Notes: a model not told the origin generated them from the sequence alone. A stretch of DNA of 64,000 nt from a virus (IMGVR_UViG_3300046535_000406:32001-96000), one strand, 5' to 3'; numbered from the stretch's first letter, positions 51,222 to 61,496 are shown. Made by a program: numbers and translations.

Positions 51222-52394
51222 GGGACACCGCCTTGGGCTTGGGCGCGTGGAGCAGCCCGGCCTCGGCGGCGTGATGCCAGCAGTACCACTTGCCATTGCG
51301 CTTGTCCTCGACGTTGCCGCGACGGCCATCGCGGCCATCGCAGAAGCCGCGCCGGGGAGCGCGGATCGTTGCCTTCACGGTGCAGTCTCCTGAGTCTTGG
51401 GCTGGAATGTCCAGCCGGGGAGGGTCCCGGCCATCAGCCGGTTCAGGTCGCGCCGGGCTCCGGCGACGTAGAGCTTGAACTTCGTCTCGCGGCTGCCCTC
51501 GGTGTCGGGCTTGTCGGCACCGCCGACGTTGACTGGGTTGGGGCGCAGGAAGCGGGTGAAGGCCGCCTTCCGCTGGCCCTCGATGGTGGATAGCTCGGGC
51601 CATGCAGCGCAGACGCGCTTCGAGGCTTCGAGGCGGTGCTCCCCGAAGACGATCGGCTCGCCCTTGGCGGGCAGCTTCGCCTTGCGCTCGGGCAGCTTGT
51701 TCTTGTCGTCGGCGGTCAGCTTGCGGGCCATTACGACTGCACCATCCCACGCGACTCGGCCATGGCCGCGACGAGCGCCGTGATGCCGTTGGGGTCGAGC
51801 CCGTCGCCCGGGGTGTTGTACCCGCTGGGGCGGAAGGCGAGCTTGCCGTCGGTGCGGAGCGTGGCGACCACTTCCGTCGAGTCGCCCTCGCGACCGACGT
51901 AGATCACCGCGCCCAGTTCGCGCCGGTAGGTGTCGCGGGCCTGAGCACGAGCAGCTGCGATGGCAGCCTCGTGGTCCATGGCCGTGACCATGAATGAGTA
52001 TCCGTCTGGGACTACTGAGAAGCCCAGTGCGCGAAGCGGATCGTTGACGCTTGGAGTCGTCATCGGAACCTCCTGTGGGGGCCGGGTCACTCGCTCGGCC
52101 TCCACCTAGAGCCTAGCAGGTCAGCTACAGGGAGTCAATAGGTTAGATCAGGACCCGGGTCGGGTGGCACCGCTGCGCGATCTTCGGATCGGTCGCGTCC
52201 ATCCCGCACCGCTGGCAGAACCGGCTGTCCGGCTGCCCAGTCAGGGAGTGGGTCCAGTGGCGCTTCCGCTTGATCGTGGCCGAGAAGCGCGGCTTCGCTA
52301 GAGCCCGCTGGTGGGTCATGCCGTGGGTGTGGTCCCGGTAGAACCCCTTGGGGTAGTGGCCGTCGCATCGGCGGCAGGTCGCTTGGGTGTTCAT
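51214..52394 (-). CDS. four small hypothetical genes (incl. 51375..51731, 51731..~52063, 52143..52394)
   Basis: Downstream of promoter motifs at 52110-52138 and 52439-52467; SD sequences present. Confidence 0.5.
52110..52141 (-). promoter_or_regulatory. phage promoter motif
   Basis: CTATTGACTCCCTG; TTGACT-N17-TAGGCT. Confidence 0.75.
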
Positions 52395-52438
52395 GGCTTG
52401 GAGCCTCCATGTTGACGGGGTGGTCCCCGCCTAGTACC

Positions 52439-52470
52439 AGTCTACCACAGTCGCGACAGGAAGTCAATAG
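52439..52470 (-). promoter_or_regulatory. phage promoter motif
   Basis: CTATTGACTTCCTG; TTGACT-N17-TAGACT with extended TG. Confidence 0.75.
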
Positions 52471-52910
52471 GTTGTTGGGCGGGCCTCGACAACTTGATCC
52501 GACCGGACGACTCCGTAGGTCCCGTCGCGCCAGCGGATCACCGGGTCGTCGCCTCGGTGCCCGACCACCATGCCGCTCTGCTCGGCCTCGAACGTCAGGG
52601 GGTCGTCGCCTCGGGGGTCAAGGTTGTCGGCGGCCTCCTTCAGCTGGACCGTGGTCCCGGAGGCGATCATCGGACGCGGAGCACAACCGGCAGCCTGACT
52701 ACCTCGAAGGTGGCGTGCCATCGGTCCGGGGTGCCCTCGACCGAGCGGCACACGGCCTCGCGGTCAGGGAGCTTGGTGCCGTCGTTGCCGGTCAAGGACC
52801 AGCGGTCCCCGAGCTTGGGTGGCCGGAGCTTCTGGCTGTAGGACCAGCCCGGTCCCGGCTCAGGTCCATCCACCGCGAACACCCAGCCCACGTCCCCGAA
52901 CCGGGGCTCG

Positions 52911-53435
52911 CTACCGGACCCGGAGCCCGGCACAGACGGCGCAGCGCATGGCGGCGTGAGGCGACATGGTGAAGCCGCCGCCCGGGGCAGCACCCACGAG
53001 GTTGTAGAGCACCCGGCGCTTGCCGCATCCGGCGCACCGGGCTCGGTCGCTCATCCGGCGAAGCTCGATCGTCAGCGACAGCCTGCGCTCGCGGACCGGC
53101 TTGACGAGCGTCCCGATCAGGGCTTGCACCCGGGCGTACTTCTCGTCCGTGGAGTGGCCGTCCCACGTTCCTCCGAGCGGGCTGACGTGCCTGAACAGGG
53201 GCATCTCGGAGTCGTGCACGTGCCATGACACCTGCCCGGTCGGCAGATCGACGTACACGACGTTCCCCCAGCCCTCACCAGCCGACAGGTCGCGGCCCAG
53301 CCACGACGGGTAGAGGGCAGCCAGCAGGGCGACCAGCTGGTCACGCTCCTGATAGGCGGCGTTCTTGTCCTTGACTGCCGCGAGAGCGGCGTCATCCGAC
53401 GCCTTCAGTAGCTCGCTGTCAGTCGGTGCTCCCAT
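52911..53435 (-). CDS. WDGH-motif phage protein
   Basis: AYQERDQLVALL...VYVDLPTGQVSWH...WDGHSTDEKY.R. Confidence 0.7.
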   Translation of the reverse strand: MGAPTDSELLKASDDAALAAVKDKNAAYQERDQLVALLAALYPSWLGRDLSAGEGWGNVVYVDLPTGQVSWHVHDSEMPLFRHVSPLGGTWDGHSTDEKYARVQALIGTLVKPVRERRLSLTIELRRMSDRARCAGCGKRRVLYNLVGAAPGGGFTMSPHAAMRCAVCAGLRVR

Positions 53436-54772
53436 CGTCGTCCTCCACGGACAGGACCACGGTGCCGGTCGTCATGTCTGGTTCGAGCTTCAGCCCGCCG
53501 GGGGCGCGTAGCTCGTCAGCGCGGAGCACCAGCGGCCCAGTCCGGCGCACGAGCGCCCGGATGATGGCGTAGCTCCATTGCAGCGCACCGGCTTGGTCGA
53601 TGATCTGGGCGGTGGCCTCGATCGGGTTGTCCTCGACCGCCTTGACGGTCCGAACAGCGCCGGTCAGGTCCTCGTCGGAGAAGGTGGGCTCGCTCACGAG
53701 GGCACCGGGTGTCGGCGGGCTTCAGCGCACACGTGGTCCGGGCACTCCTCATAGGGGTAGGGCTCGCCAGTCCACTTGTGATGGGTGCGGACATGGGGAT
53801 GACAGGAGCACCCGCCTTCGATGTGGCGTAGCCGGGCCATGGCGTGCATCCCCTTCAGGTAACGCTCGGGATAGTCGCTCACGAGGCCACCGCGCAAAGC
53901 TCGCAGAGCATCTTGTCCTCGACCTCCATGGCCGACTCGGCGGAGCGCACGCGCTTCAGGGCGATCGCCCGGCCACAGCGGGCCACGATGGTCTTGCCCG
54001 GGCGGACGGCAGAGACGATGTGCCAGCGTCCTCGGCGCGATACCCGGGCGTACTTCGGCTTCCGGGCGGTCATCCGAGCGCGGGGAGGGCCGCCTTCAGG
54101 GCGCCCAGTCGTGTGCTGGCCCGGACGGTGATGGCCTCGATGGTGGTGATGCGGATGACCGTGCAGGTCCACACATCGTCCGTGCCCTTGGCGATCGACG
54201 CGATGGTGGCTCCTGCCGCCCTGATCTTGTCGGCGACTGCCGCCTCACTGGGTGTGGCGTGCTCGATCTGGTGGTCATCTGGCTGGGACAAGGAGCCTCC
54301 TGCGAAGTTGCCGACCGGGACGTTTGCACCGGCCACCGGACCCGCCCTTGGATCAGAGTGGACCCGCCCCGGTCGGCTGCGCTGAGTCTAGCAGGAAGTC
54401 CAGCAGGAGGTCAATGGGTTAGACGGTCTGCGTCTCCCACGGCGCGTGGCCCTCGACCAAGACGCCCGGGCCTGCCCGCTCCACCGGCGCGACCGGCTCA
54501 GGCGGCTCGGGGACGGGCAGCAGGCCAGCTGCCTCCTTGTCCCAGTAGTCGGCGTTGGTGGGCTCGCGGTACTTGCCGTTCATCAGGGCCACGCCTGCGG
54601 CGGTGGGGATGGGCAGGTACTTCTCCACGAACGTCGTGTCGTACTCGCCGATGGGCATGGACCACGACGTGGGCAGCGCCTTCATCACCACGATCGAGGC
54701 GTAGCCGGACGAGACGCCCTCGACCTTGACGACCACGTCGTTGTCGCGCTTCCGGAACAGGGGACCGTGCAT
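53419..54772 (-). CDS. five small hypothetical genes (53419..53697, 53694..~53882, 53879..~54073, 54070..54336, 54419..54772)
   Basis: Coupled minus-strand ORFs. Confidence 0.5.
54385..54417 (-). promoter_or_regulatory. phage promoter motif
   Basis: TTGACC-TCCTGCTGGACTTCCTGC-TAGACT (N18; two TCCTG half-sites). Confidence 0.65.
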
Positions 54773-54775
54773 CGC

Positions 54776-55021
54776 TTAGACCTCCAACCTGCCAAGCAAC
54801 TCTGGGGGCAGGCTTCTCTGCCAATAATCGACGTTGTTCAGCGGGATGACAACCTCACCGGGCAGCGACCGCCACGCCACGTTGTTGGTGTTGGGCACCT
54901 CACCGGCGATCTGGGCCGCCGCGAGGATGAAGCCGTTCTCGCCCACCTCGCGCAGGACGCCACGGATAGTCGTGTCGGTCTTCAGGGTCACGATCACGAC
55001 CGCCAACGGTTCAGTAGGCAT
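54776..55021 (-). CDS. Sm/LSm-fold-like small protein
   Basis: VIVTLKTDTTIRGVL....FIL...GEVVIP.NNVDYWQ matches Sm1/Sm2 spacing; directly after terL. Confidence 0.55.
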   Translation of the reverse strand: MPTEPLAVVIVTLKTDTTIRGVLREVGENGFILAAAQIAGEVPNTNNVAWRSLPGEVVIPLNNVDYWQRSLPPELLGRLEV

Positions 55022-56666
55022 TGCCGATCCTCACTCGCTCGTACTCCTCATCGAGGTCTTCGGCCATCACCACGTTGGTTTCACCCGGCTTCAAGCCGTT
55101 CACCTCGATCATGCGGATGCCTCGCTCGGCGAGCCACCACGCCATCACGGTGTCGTCGTGCTCGCCGACGGACTGCAACTTGCCGTCAGCGTAGCCGAAG
55201 GCGTTGGCCTCGGTGCGCCACGTGCTGGCAAACTCCGCCGACTCGGCGTCGCCGGACGGGATCATCCAGAGGTTGTTGGCGAGGATCACCTTCAGCGACG
55301 GGACGCCCTCGATCAGGGACTGCTTCTCGATCCCGGTGGTGTGCCCGAACACCCGGCTGGCCGTCTCGGCGTACTTCATCAGGTGCTGGGCCAGCCACTT
55401 CTGGAAGGCGTTCTGCTCGATGATCAGGACCTCGGGCCAGAAGTCCTTGCACACCTGCCGGACCATGGCGACCTGCTCGTCAAACGTCAGCCCGCGCAGG
55501 CGGCAGGCCCACAGCAGGCGCCGTTTCCCGGTCACCCGGTTGTAGCTCACCATCCAGACGACGGTGTAGTCGGCTCCGGCTGTCTCCGACACAGCCAAGT
55601 CCATGCCGCCCACGACCGCCTCGTTGGGCTCTCGATCGGCAGGCAGGTAGGGCCGGACGAAGTTCAGGCCCTCTCCGCCCATCAGAGCCCGGCCTGTCAA
55701 CTCCCACGGGAAGGTGGAAGTGGCGTCGTCGCGAGGGTCCATCTGGTACTCGCGGCTGAACAGGACCGGGTCTGTCTTCTGAAGGTCCAGCAGGTACTTC
55801 AGCGAGTAGCGTTCCTCCCAGAGCGCCTGCCCGGTGTCGAGGTTGGCGGCCCGGGACTTGACCCACGTCCAGCCCGGCTTCCCGCGCAGCCGGTGGAGTG
55901 CGTCCTCGTAGTGCTGGGGCGTGCCGACCACGATCAGCTGGCCCGTGGCGCCCGCCATCGGCATCAGGGTCGAGACGATGTACGACCAGACGCGGCCTCG
56001 CTGAAGCGGCGTGCGCCCGTTCTTCTCCGTCACGATGTCGTCGGCGATGATCACCTGCGGGTGCGGGCCTCGGATGGACGAGCCGATCGACTTGGGCTGA
56101 AGCGTCGCGTGGTTGCGCAGCCGGAGCTTGGTTCTGGACCACACGTCCTTGATGACCGACTGCGGCAGGCCCTTCAGGCGGATCGGGAGGATGTCCTCGA
56201 AGAACTGCTCGTTGTCCAGCATCAGCTGCTTGACTCGCTCGAACCGCTCCTTGGCGATGTCGATGTTCGAGGTGAAATACATCACTTCGAGGTCGCCCTC
56301 GGGCCAGCTGGGGATCAGGAACCCGTCCGGGCCTCGGTTGTGCCGCCACATGCGCCACGCGATGTAGGCGTAGCAGACGAAGGTCTTGCCGTGGTCGCGG
56401 GCCGCCATGAGGCACAGCAGCCGCTCGTCCTGAAGGAGGTTGCACCACTCCCGGTTGTGCCAGCGGCTGATCAGGTAGGCGCCCTTGTCGTCCTTCAGCT
56501 TCGACAGGAAGTAGGCGAACGAGCCCCACAGAAGCGCGGACTCGGTGACCTCGTAGCCCTGACCGACCAGCCGGACGGCGGCTTCCTCGCGGGCTGCCGC
56601 CGCTTGGATCGCTGCGCCGATCCGGTTGTCAGCCGCGCTCGATGGTGACCAGTCCTGAGCGAGCAT
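55011..56666 (-). CDS. terL: terminase large subunit
   Basis: Walker A AARDHGKT, Walker B IRG...IIADD, VVGTP motif, nuclease GMDLA...ADYT, EQNAFQ, HDDTVMAWW. Confidence 0.95.
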   Translation of the reverse strand: MLAQDWSPSSAADNRIGAAIQAAAAREEAAVRLVGQGYEVTESALLWGSFAYFLSKLKDDKGAYLISRWHNREWCNLLQDERLLCLMAARDHGKTFVCYAYIAWRMWRHNRGPDGFLIPSWPEGDLEVMYFTSNIDIAKERFERVKQLMLDNEQFFEDILPIRLKGLPQSVIKDVWSRTKLRLRNHATLQPKSIGSSIRGPHPQVIIADDIVTEKNGRTPLQRGRVWSYIVSTLMPMAGATGQLIVVGTPQHYEDALHRLRGKPGWTWVKSRAANLDTGQALWEERYSLKYLLDLQKTDPVLFSREYQMDPRDDATSTFPWELTGRALMGGEGLNFVRPYLPADREPNEAVVGGMDLAVSETAGADYTVVWMVSYNRVTGKRRLLWACRLRGLTFDEQVAMVRQVCKDFWPEVLIIEQNAFQKWLAQHLMKYAETASRVFGHTTGIEKQSLIEGVPSLKVILANNLWMIPSGDAESAEFASTWRTEANAFGYADGKLQSVGEHDDTVMAWWLAERGIRMIEVNGLKPGETNVVMAEDLDEEYERVRIGNAY

Positions 56667-57171
56667 CTTCGTCGGGCTCTGGGCCTGTCAACTGGGAGAG
56701 GAGGCGCTGGTTCCCCATGGCTTCGAGGTCGGCTCGGGTGATGACGACCACGTTGGTCTGCTGGCCGATGCGGGGACCACTGGCGATCGCGGGCGGCGGC
56801 GCGGGCGGCGGAGGCATGTGGCGTTGACGCCAGTGTGGGTCCTCGTTCTCTAGGAACCACATGGCGGCCTTGGGGTCGGCGAGCATGTGGAGGTTGATGG
56901 ACGACATGGCCCGGGCGTGGGCCTTGGCACGGGCCATCCGGATGTCCTCGGCCAGCTGCCGGTAGAACGGCGTCGCCGGGCGCTCGTCTCGGCCCTCGCC
57001 ACGCCGGACCCACTCCTCGATCGTGTTGGCCGGGACACCAGCCAGAGCGGCGGCGACTTGGAGCTTGTTGCCTTCCTCGATCCGGGCCAGCAGGACCTCC
57101 CGCTGGTCCTCGGCGAGAAGCGGCTTCCGCCCGCCCTTGTGCCGGATGATGGTGCCCTGTTCAGCCGCCAT
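56629..57171 (-). CDS. terS: terminase small subunit (HTH)
   Basis: GGRKPLL...G....AAALAGV...TIEEW..RG...A.A.A...AAMWFLE; directly upstream of and overlapping terL. Confidence 0.75.
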   Translation of the reverse strand: MAAEQGTIIRHKGGRKPLLAEDQREVLLARIEEGNKLQVAAALAGVPANTIEEWVRRGEGRDERPATPFYRQLAEDIRMARAKAHARAMSSINLHMLADPKAAMWFLENEDPHWRQRHMPPPPAPPPAIASGPRIGQQTNVVVITRADLEAMGNQRLLSQLTGPEPDEDARSGLVTIERG

Positions 57172-57281
57172 GAGCGAAGTGTTGCACAGCCCCGATAGGA
57201 GTAGGATCACTGGTCCTAGAAAGCGGAAGGCCCCCCTCCAATCGAAGGGGAGCCTCGCGCAAGCTGACCGAGCCTGCGCAC

Positions 57282-57311
57282 ATCTTAGCCCTTGTGGTCA
57301 CAGCAAGTCAA
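57282..57311 (-). promoter_or_regulatory. putative promoter for terS/terL
   Basis: TTGACT-N18-TAAGAT, followed by a leader hairpin at 57228-57255. Confidence 0.5.
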
Positions 57312-57326
57312 CACCACAAGATGTAG

Positions 57327-57806
57327 ATGTTCCGCCTCGGTACGAAGGAGTATCAGGTGGACCACTGGCAACGCCGTATCGACCGACCGAACGCCCCGGC
57401 AGTCCCGATCAGGGTCCGGCGAATGCACCGCACGTTCTGGGCACCTCCCCGCTACGAGGCCCTGTGCCGCTACGTCGCCTCCCACCCGGAGTTCGACCAG
57501 CGCACCGCCGCCGAAGCCACCGGCTACTCGCTCACCGGCCTCCACCGCGCTCTGGCGCGGCTCGCCGAGTGGGGCTGCCTGATCCTCTCGGCGACCCGGG
57601 GCAGGCTCGGCAGGACCCGCGTCACCGTCCAGTCCGACGTTCGCTTGGCGAATGTTTCACCCACAGGAGAGACTTCGTATCTCCCCCCTAGATACAGGTT
57701 CTTAGAGAGTGCTTCTGTGGCTGAAACATTCCCGGAGGTGACGGTCCCGGAGTCATGGACGGCGCTCCGAGGGCTAAGCTGGAATGCGACCCGCACCGCG
57801 CTCTAA
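57327..57806 (+). CDS. winged-helix DNA-binding protein (possible replication initiator/regulator)
   Basis: DQRTAAEATGYSLTGLHRALARLAEWGCL..S..RG wHTH pattern. Confidence 0.6.
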   Translation: MFRLGTKEYQVDHWQRRIDRPNAPAVPIRVRRMHRTFWAPPRYEALCRYVASHPEFDQRTAAEATGYSLTGLHRALARLAEWGCLILSATRGRLGRTRVTVQSDVRLANVSPTGETSYLPPRYRFLESASVAETFPEVTVPESWTALRGLSWNATRTAL

Positions 57807-57859
57807 CACCGCCCAGTTCGGCGGAGCACGAGAGCGGGTCGCCTGTGGAGGGTAAGCGA

Positions 57860-58471
57860 ATGGGCAAGCTGCCGGTGGTCGTTGTTGCGGGGCTGGGCCG
57901 GTGCGGGACCAGCTTGGTGTTGCAGATGCTCGACAAGGCGGGCGTCGCCACGGTCGGGACCTTCCCGGACTACGAGTCCCGGGGCACCCATGCCTCACCC
58001 GGTCAGGCCGTGAAGTGGCTGGACGCCTTCCGCACGAACCCGCCGTTCAATCGCTCACGACGGGCGATCGTCATCTGGCTGGACCGTGACCCGGAGCAGC
58101 AGGCGCTCTCGATGGTGAAGATGCTCGGGCTCGGCCTCGCGGTTGACGTGCCCGAAAGCGCGGTGGTCCAGATCGCCACCTCGATCGGCCCGGACACGAA
58201 GCGGTGTCTGGCGGTTCTCGGCCAGTGGCCCAAGCTCCTGCTCCGCTTCGAGGACCTGATCGACCGGCCCCAGATGGCGGCGGAGCGGATCACGGACTAC
58301 CTCTCCCGGTACGGCTTCCCGGAGCTTGATCCCTCGGAGATGGCGGGCTGCCTGATCCCACGCGAGTCGGCGTGCACGCCGGACCTGTCGATCGAGCTTG
58401 CGCTGATCGCTGAGTCAGCCCCAGCGGATGTCGGAGGGATGATCGAGCACATCACCGGGGCTCGGGTCTAA
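57860..58471 (+). CDS. sulfotransferase-family P-loop protein
   Basis: VVVAGLGRCGTSLVLQML (5'-PSB-like), IWLDRDP....LS (3'-PB-like), LRFEDLI..P; GGAGG SD. Confidence 0.7.
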   Translation: MGKLPVVVVAGLGRCGTSLVLQMLDKAGVATVGTFPDYESRGTHASPGQAVKWLDAFRTNPPFNRSRRAIVIWLDRDPEQQALSMVKMLGLGLAVDVPESAVVQIATSIGPDTKRCLAVLGQWPKLLLRFEDLIDRPQMAAERITDYLSRYGFPELDPSEMAGCLIPRESACTPDLSIELALIAESAPADVGGMIEHITGARV

Positions 58472-58723
58472 CGGCGCGAGGGTGATCGTGCCCTTCGCCA
58501 CGACGGGGCCGAACGGGTCCGGCAGAGGGTCGTCAAGGTCAGGAACGTCGGGCAGTGGCTCCTCCTCCGCCTCCGTCTCGGTGGGCTGAGAGTCCTCGAT
58601 CAGGACCATTCCCCAGCCTTCGCAGGTCTGGCACGGGTCCCCAGTGGAGTCAATGCAGGCTCCGCCGCAGTCGGGGCAGAGCGGCGGGATGCCCTTGGGC
58701 TGGACTTCAGGCATGTCGATCAT
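58415..58723 (-). CDS. DnaJ-type CxxCxGxG zinc-finger small protein, leaderless
   Basis: CPDCGG...CQTCEGWG; TACAAT 6 nt before ATG. Confidence 0.55.
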   Translation of the reverse strand: MIDMPEVQPKGIPPLCPDCGGACIDSTGDPCQTCEGWGMVLIEDSQPTETEAEEEPLPDVPDLDDPLPDPFGPVVAKGTITLAPLDPSPGDVLDHPSDIRWG

Positions 58724-58738
58724 GGCCGGATTGTAGAC

Positions 58739-58789
58739 ACAGAGACGCCCCCGCCAGTCGCTCCAATCGACCTACGGGGGCGTCTCTGT
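58739..58789. terminator. 15-bp perfect stem hairpin
   Basis: acagagacgcccccg ... cgggggcgtctctgt. Confidence 0.6.
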
Positions 58790-58874
58790 TCGCTCGCGTC
58801 ACCCCGACCCCGAAGGGTGGGCTCCACTCCGGGATCGTACCCTGACAGGCAAGGGCTGCGAGCTATGTCAATGG

Positions 58875-59492
58875 CTAAGTAACGGGCTCGAACCCGGGAG
58901 GGGCCTCCTTGTAGCCGTCTCCCAGATCGACCAGTGCGGCGACGGCCTGACCGGCATTGGCGTACCGGATGGTCACGGACTTGACCGCCATGGTGAGGGT
59001 GCCGCCGGAGCGGTACATGAACGCGAGGTCGTCCCCCTTGCGGGGGACGAAGCTCTCATCGAGGCTGGCCTCGTAGCGGACCGGCTGGTCGCCCTTTGGC
59101 CCGAGGATGGCGTGGTGGAGATAGGTGGCAATGATCTGCATAGGGGGCCTCTAGTTGGGTCGCTCCCCCTTGGGAGCGAGTCCGGACATGGCGGCGAAGC
59201 CCTCCGCCTCCGGGTCGATGTCGAGCAGCTGGCCGGTCTTGAGCGCCTCGGTCATGTCGGCGGTGATGCCCAGCGCCGCGCCGTTCTTGGCGAGGATGGC
59301 AGCCGCCTTGCACAGGTCGAGCAGCTGGTCGCGGTCCACGTTGTCAAGCGACGCGAACCGGGACAGGAAGCCGGTCTTGTTCAGGGCCTCCTGCATCTCG
59401 TCGCGGGCTTCGCGGGTCGAGATGAACAGGAGCTTCCCGGTGGACTGGGCGGCCTCGATGGCCGCCTCCTTGTGTTCGTTGGACATGGACAT
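58875..59492 (-). CDS. two hypothetical proteins (58875..59141, 59151..59492)
   Basis: SD sequences GAGG and AAGGAG; follow the DUF932 gene. Confidence 0.6.
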
Positions 59493-59511
59493 GGTGGTGG
59501 TTCTCCTTCGA

Positions 59512-60504
59512 CTAGGACAGCAGCGCGAGCGCCTTGTCCTTCAGCGCGGCGGCAGGGCCGTCGAGGATGGCCTCAGCCCGAACATCGGCGGGGCTGGCGC
59601 CCTTCTTGCGGTAGGTCCGGAAGTGGTCGGCGTACTCGATCGTCGCCTGAAACAGCCGGTAGCTGGTGTTGGGGACTCCGACCAACGTCTCGCTGTTCAC
59701 GAACAGGTCGGCGATCAGGTCGCGTGCGGCCTCGCGGCGGGGAGCCTGCTCGGCCTCCGGCGGGGTGGGGATCAACTTCTCCGTGAAGGCGAGCACGTCG
59801 TCCAGAGAGAGGGTCCGCTTGGTCAGCGCGATCATCTTCTGCTCGAACGCCTCGTCATACGCGGCGACCATCTTGAGTGCCCGGCGGGCCTCATCGACGT
59901 TGACATCCATGTGCTTGGTGTGGCGGACGGTAATCTCGGGGCTGACCTCACCCATCGCCGCACTGGCGGTGTTGGAGCAGACCACCCGGGTCTGGACGCG
60001 CTTGGCCTTCATGGCGTGGCGCCCATCGTGGCCGGTGATGCCCAGAAGGCGTCGCTGCCACGGAGAGTCGTCGCCCGGAACCTTGAACTTGTCGCTGTCA
60101 CCGAGGTCCAGCTGGGCGAAGACGATGCGACCGTTGTAGAGCGAGCCCGCCGTGTCGTACTCGGCACCGGACTCGTCCCGGACCGCGTCGAGGAAGTCGG
60201 TCAGGTCGGTGAACTGGAACAGGCTGTAGGACGGGCGCACGAGCCCAAGCTGGGCGTTCGTGTCGGTGCGGATGACGGCGTTCCAGTCCGGAACGGCCAC
60301 GTGGAGCGGGCCGTCGGGCGTGGGGACCACGGCCTCGACCGGGACCTTGGCGACCTCGAAGGCCACTTCGGCGCAGACCTCTACGATCTTCTTGGCGGTC
60401 ATGCCGCCCGGGAAGGCGGTGCCGTCGCCGTGCCACGGCTTGCCGTTCAGGGAGTTGTAGACGAAGGCCGCTTTGCCGGTCGTCTTGTCGATCATTGCTG
60501 GCAT
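59512..60504 (-). CDS. DUF932-family (phage/plasmid TIGR03299-like) protein
   Basis: PWHG.G, A.IRTDT..LG.V..SY..FQ, TAGSL.NG..VF, GHDG, RVVCSNT, VRHT, QA..EYADH. Confidence 0.85.
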   Translation of the reverse strand: MPAMIDKTTGKAAFVYNSLNGKPWHGDGTAFPGGMTAKKIVEVCAEVAFEVAKVPVEAVVPTPDGPLHVAVPDWNAVIRTDTNAQLGLVRPSYSLFQFTDLTDFLDAVRDESGAEYDTAGSLYNGRIVFAQLDLGDSDKFKVPGDDSPWQRRLLGITGHDGRHAMKAKRVQTRVVCSNTASAAMGEVSPEITVRHTKHMDVNVDEARRALKMVAAYDEAFEQKMIALTKRTLSLDDVLAFTEKLIPTPPEAEQAPRREAARDLIADLFVNSETLVGVPNTSYRLFQATIEYADHFRTYRKKGASPADVRAEAILDGPAAALKDKALALLS

Positions 60505-60676
60505 TGGAGCTACCTCGTGTGGGGGAGCGAAGCGATTGGAGTGATGATCCTGCCCCGGGGGTTCAGCCCATGTTCCGGGGACAGGTCATCAGCGGGAACA
60601 ATCCGGCGTAGCGTCGCGCCGGTCGCTCGTGGGTGCCGTTGGGCCTCCTTCCTGACTGGGTGTTCCATCTGACGTG

Positions 60677-60708
60677 ATTGTGCTCCTGTCGGAGCAGGAA
60701 GTCAACAG
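60677..60708 (-). promoter_or_regulatory. phage promoter motif
   Basis: CTGTTGACTTCCTG; TTGACT-N17-CACAAT; TCCTG...CAGGA inverted half-sites in the spacer. Confidence 0.7.
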
Positions 60709-60709
60709 G

Positions 60710-61443
60710 TTACTTGGTGGGTTCGCAGGACAGGTGGTTGCCCGTCTCGCCGTTCCAGCCGGGCGTCAGGTCGTCGGCCCACTCGATCTTGGTGCAGTAG
60801 TCGCAGTGGAGCATCCCCTCCGGCTCGGGCTCGATAGGCTCGTTCCCGGGCGGGTCGCCCTTGCGCTCCATGAAGTGTCCGTTCGGCTTCCAGCGGGAGC
60901 CCGGGTTGGAGGCGTGTTGCTTGCAGACGGCCATGGGGCCGCTATCAGACTCGATGACGAGGGTCGGCTTCCGCTCGCAGCGCCACGTGTGCGGGGCTCG
61001 CCCCTGCTCCCAGACGGCAGTCTGGCAACGGGCGATCGTGCCGCTGTACGGGATGGCAGCGACGAGCCGGTCGGCCCGCCGCTGCTTGTCCTTCGCCTTC
61101 TCCCACTCCGGGTAGTCGAGCGATCGTGGCTGGTGAACGAGGCCATCCTTGGTCTGTGTGAGCGCCCGGTGGCAGGTGCCACAGGCGTAGGTCACGACCG
61201 GGACGGCCTCGTGGCCGTAGAAGTCTTCGGGTGGGCGGTAGCTCACTTGGAGCCCGCCTTCGGGAGCGCATGGGCGTTGATGCCCTGCGTGAGAAGGCGA
61301 TCGAGAGCGCCGTAGTAGGCGGCGAGAGCCGCGTCCTGCGCCGCGTCGCCGACAGGTCCGTCGCCGAAGTAGGCGTCGTACGGGTTGCCCTGCTGGACGA
61401 CCGCGATGTCCGCGTCGTTCTGGGCGGTGGTGGGATCGGTCAT
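60710..61443 (-). CDS. two hypothetical proteins (60710..~61246 Cys-rich; 61243..~61443)
   Basis: Downstream of promoter 61497-61525; GTGA coupling. Confidence 0.5.
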
Positions 61444-61496
61444 CTTGCTGGACCTCGCGGCGGGGGGCCTCTTGGAGCGGGCCTCCCGACACACGT

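Noticed and set aside
60542-60592. CUGAUGA followed by a stem, suggesting a hammerhead ribozyme
   Set aside because: No GAAA after the stem; the UGAUGA instead pairs with UCAUCA as part of a simple hairpin.
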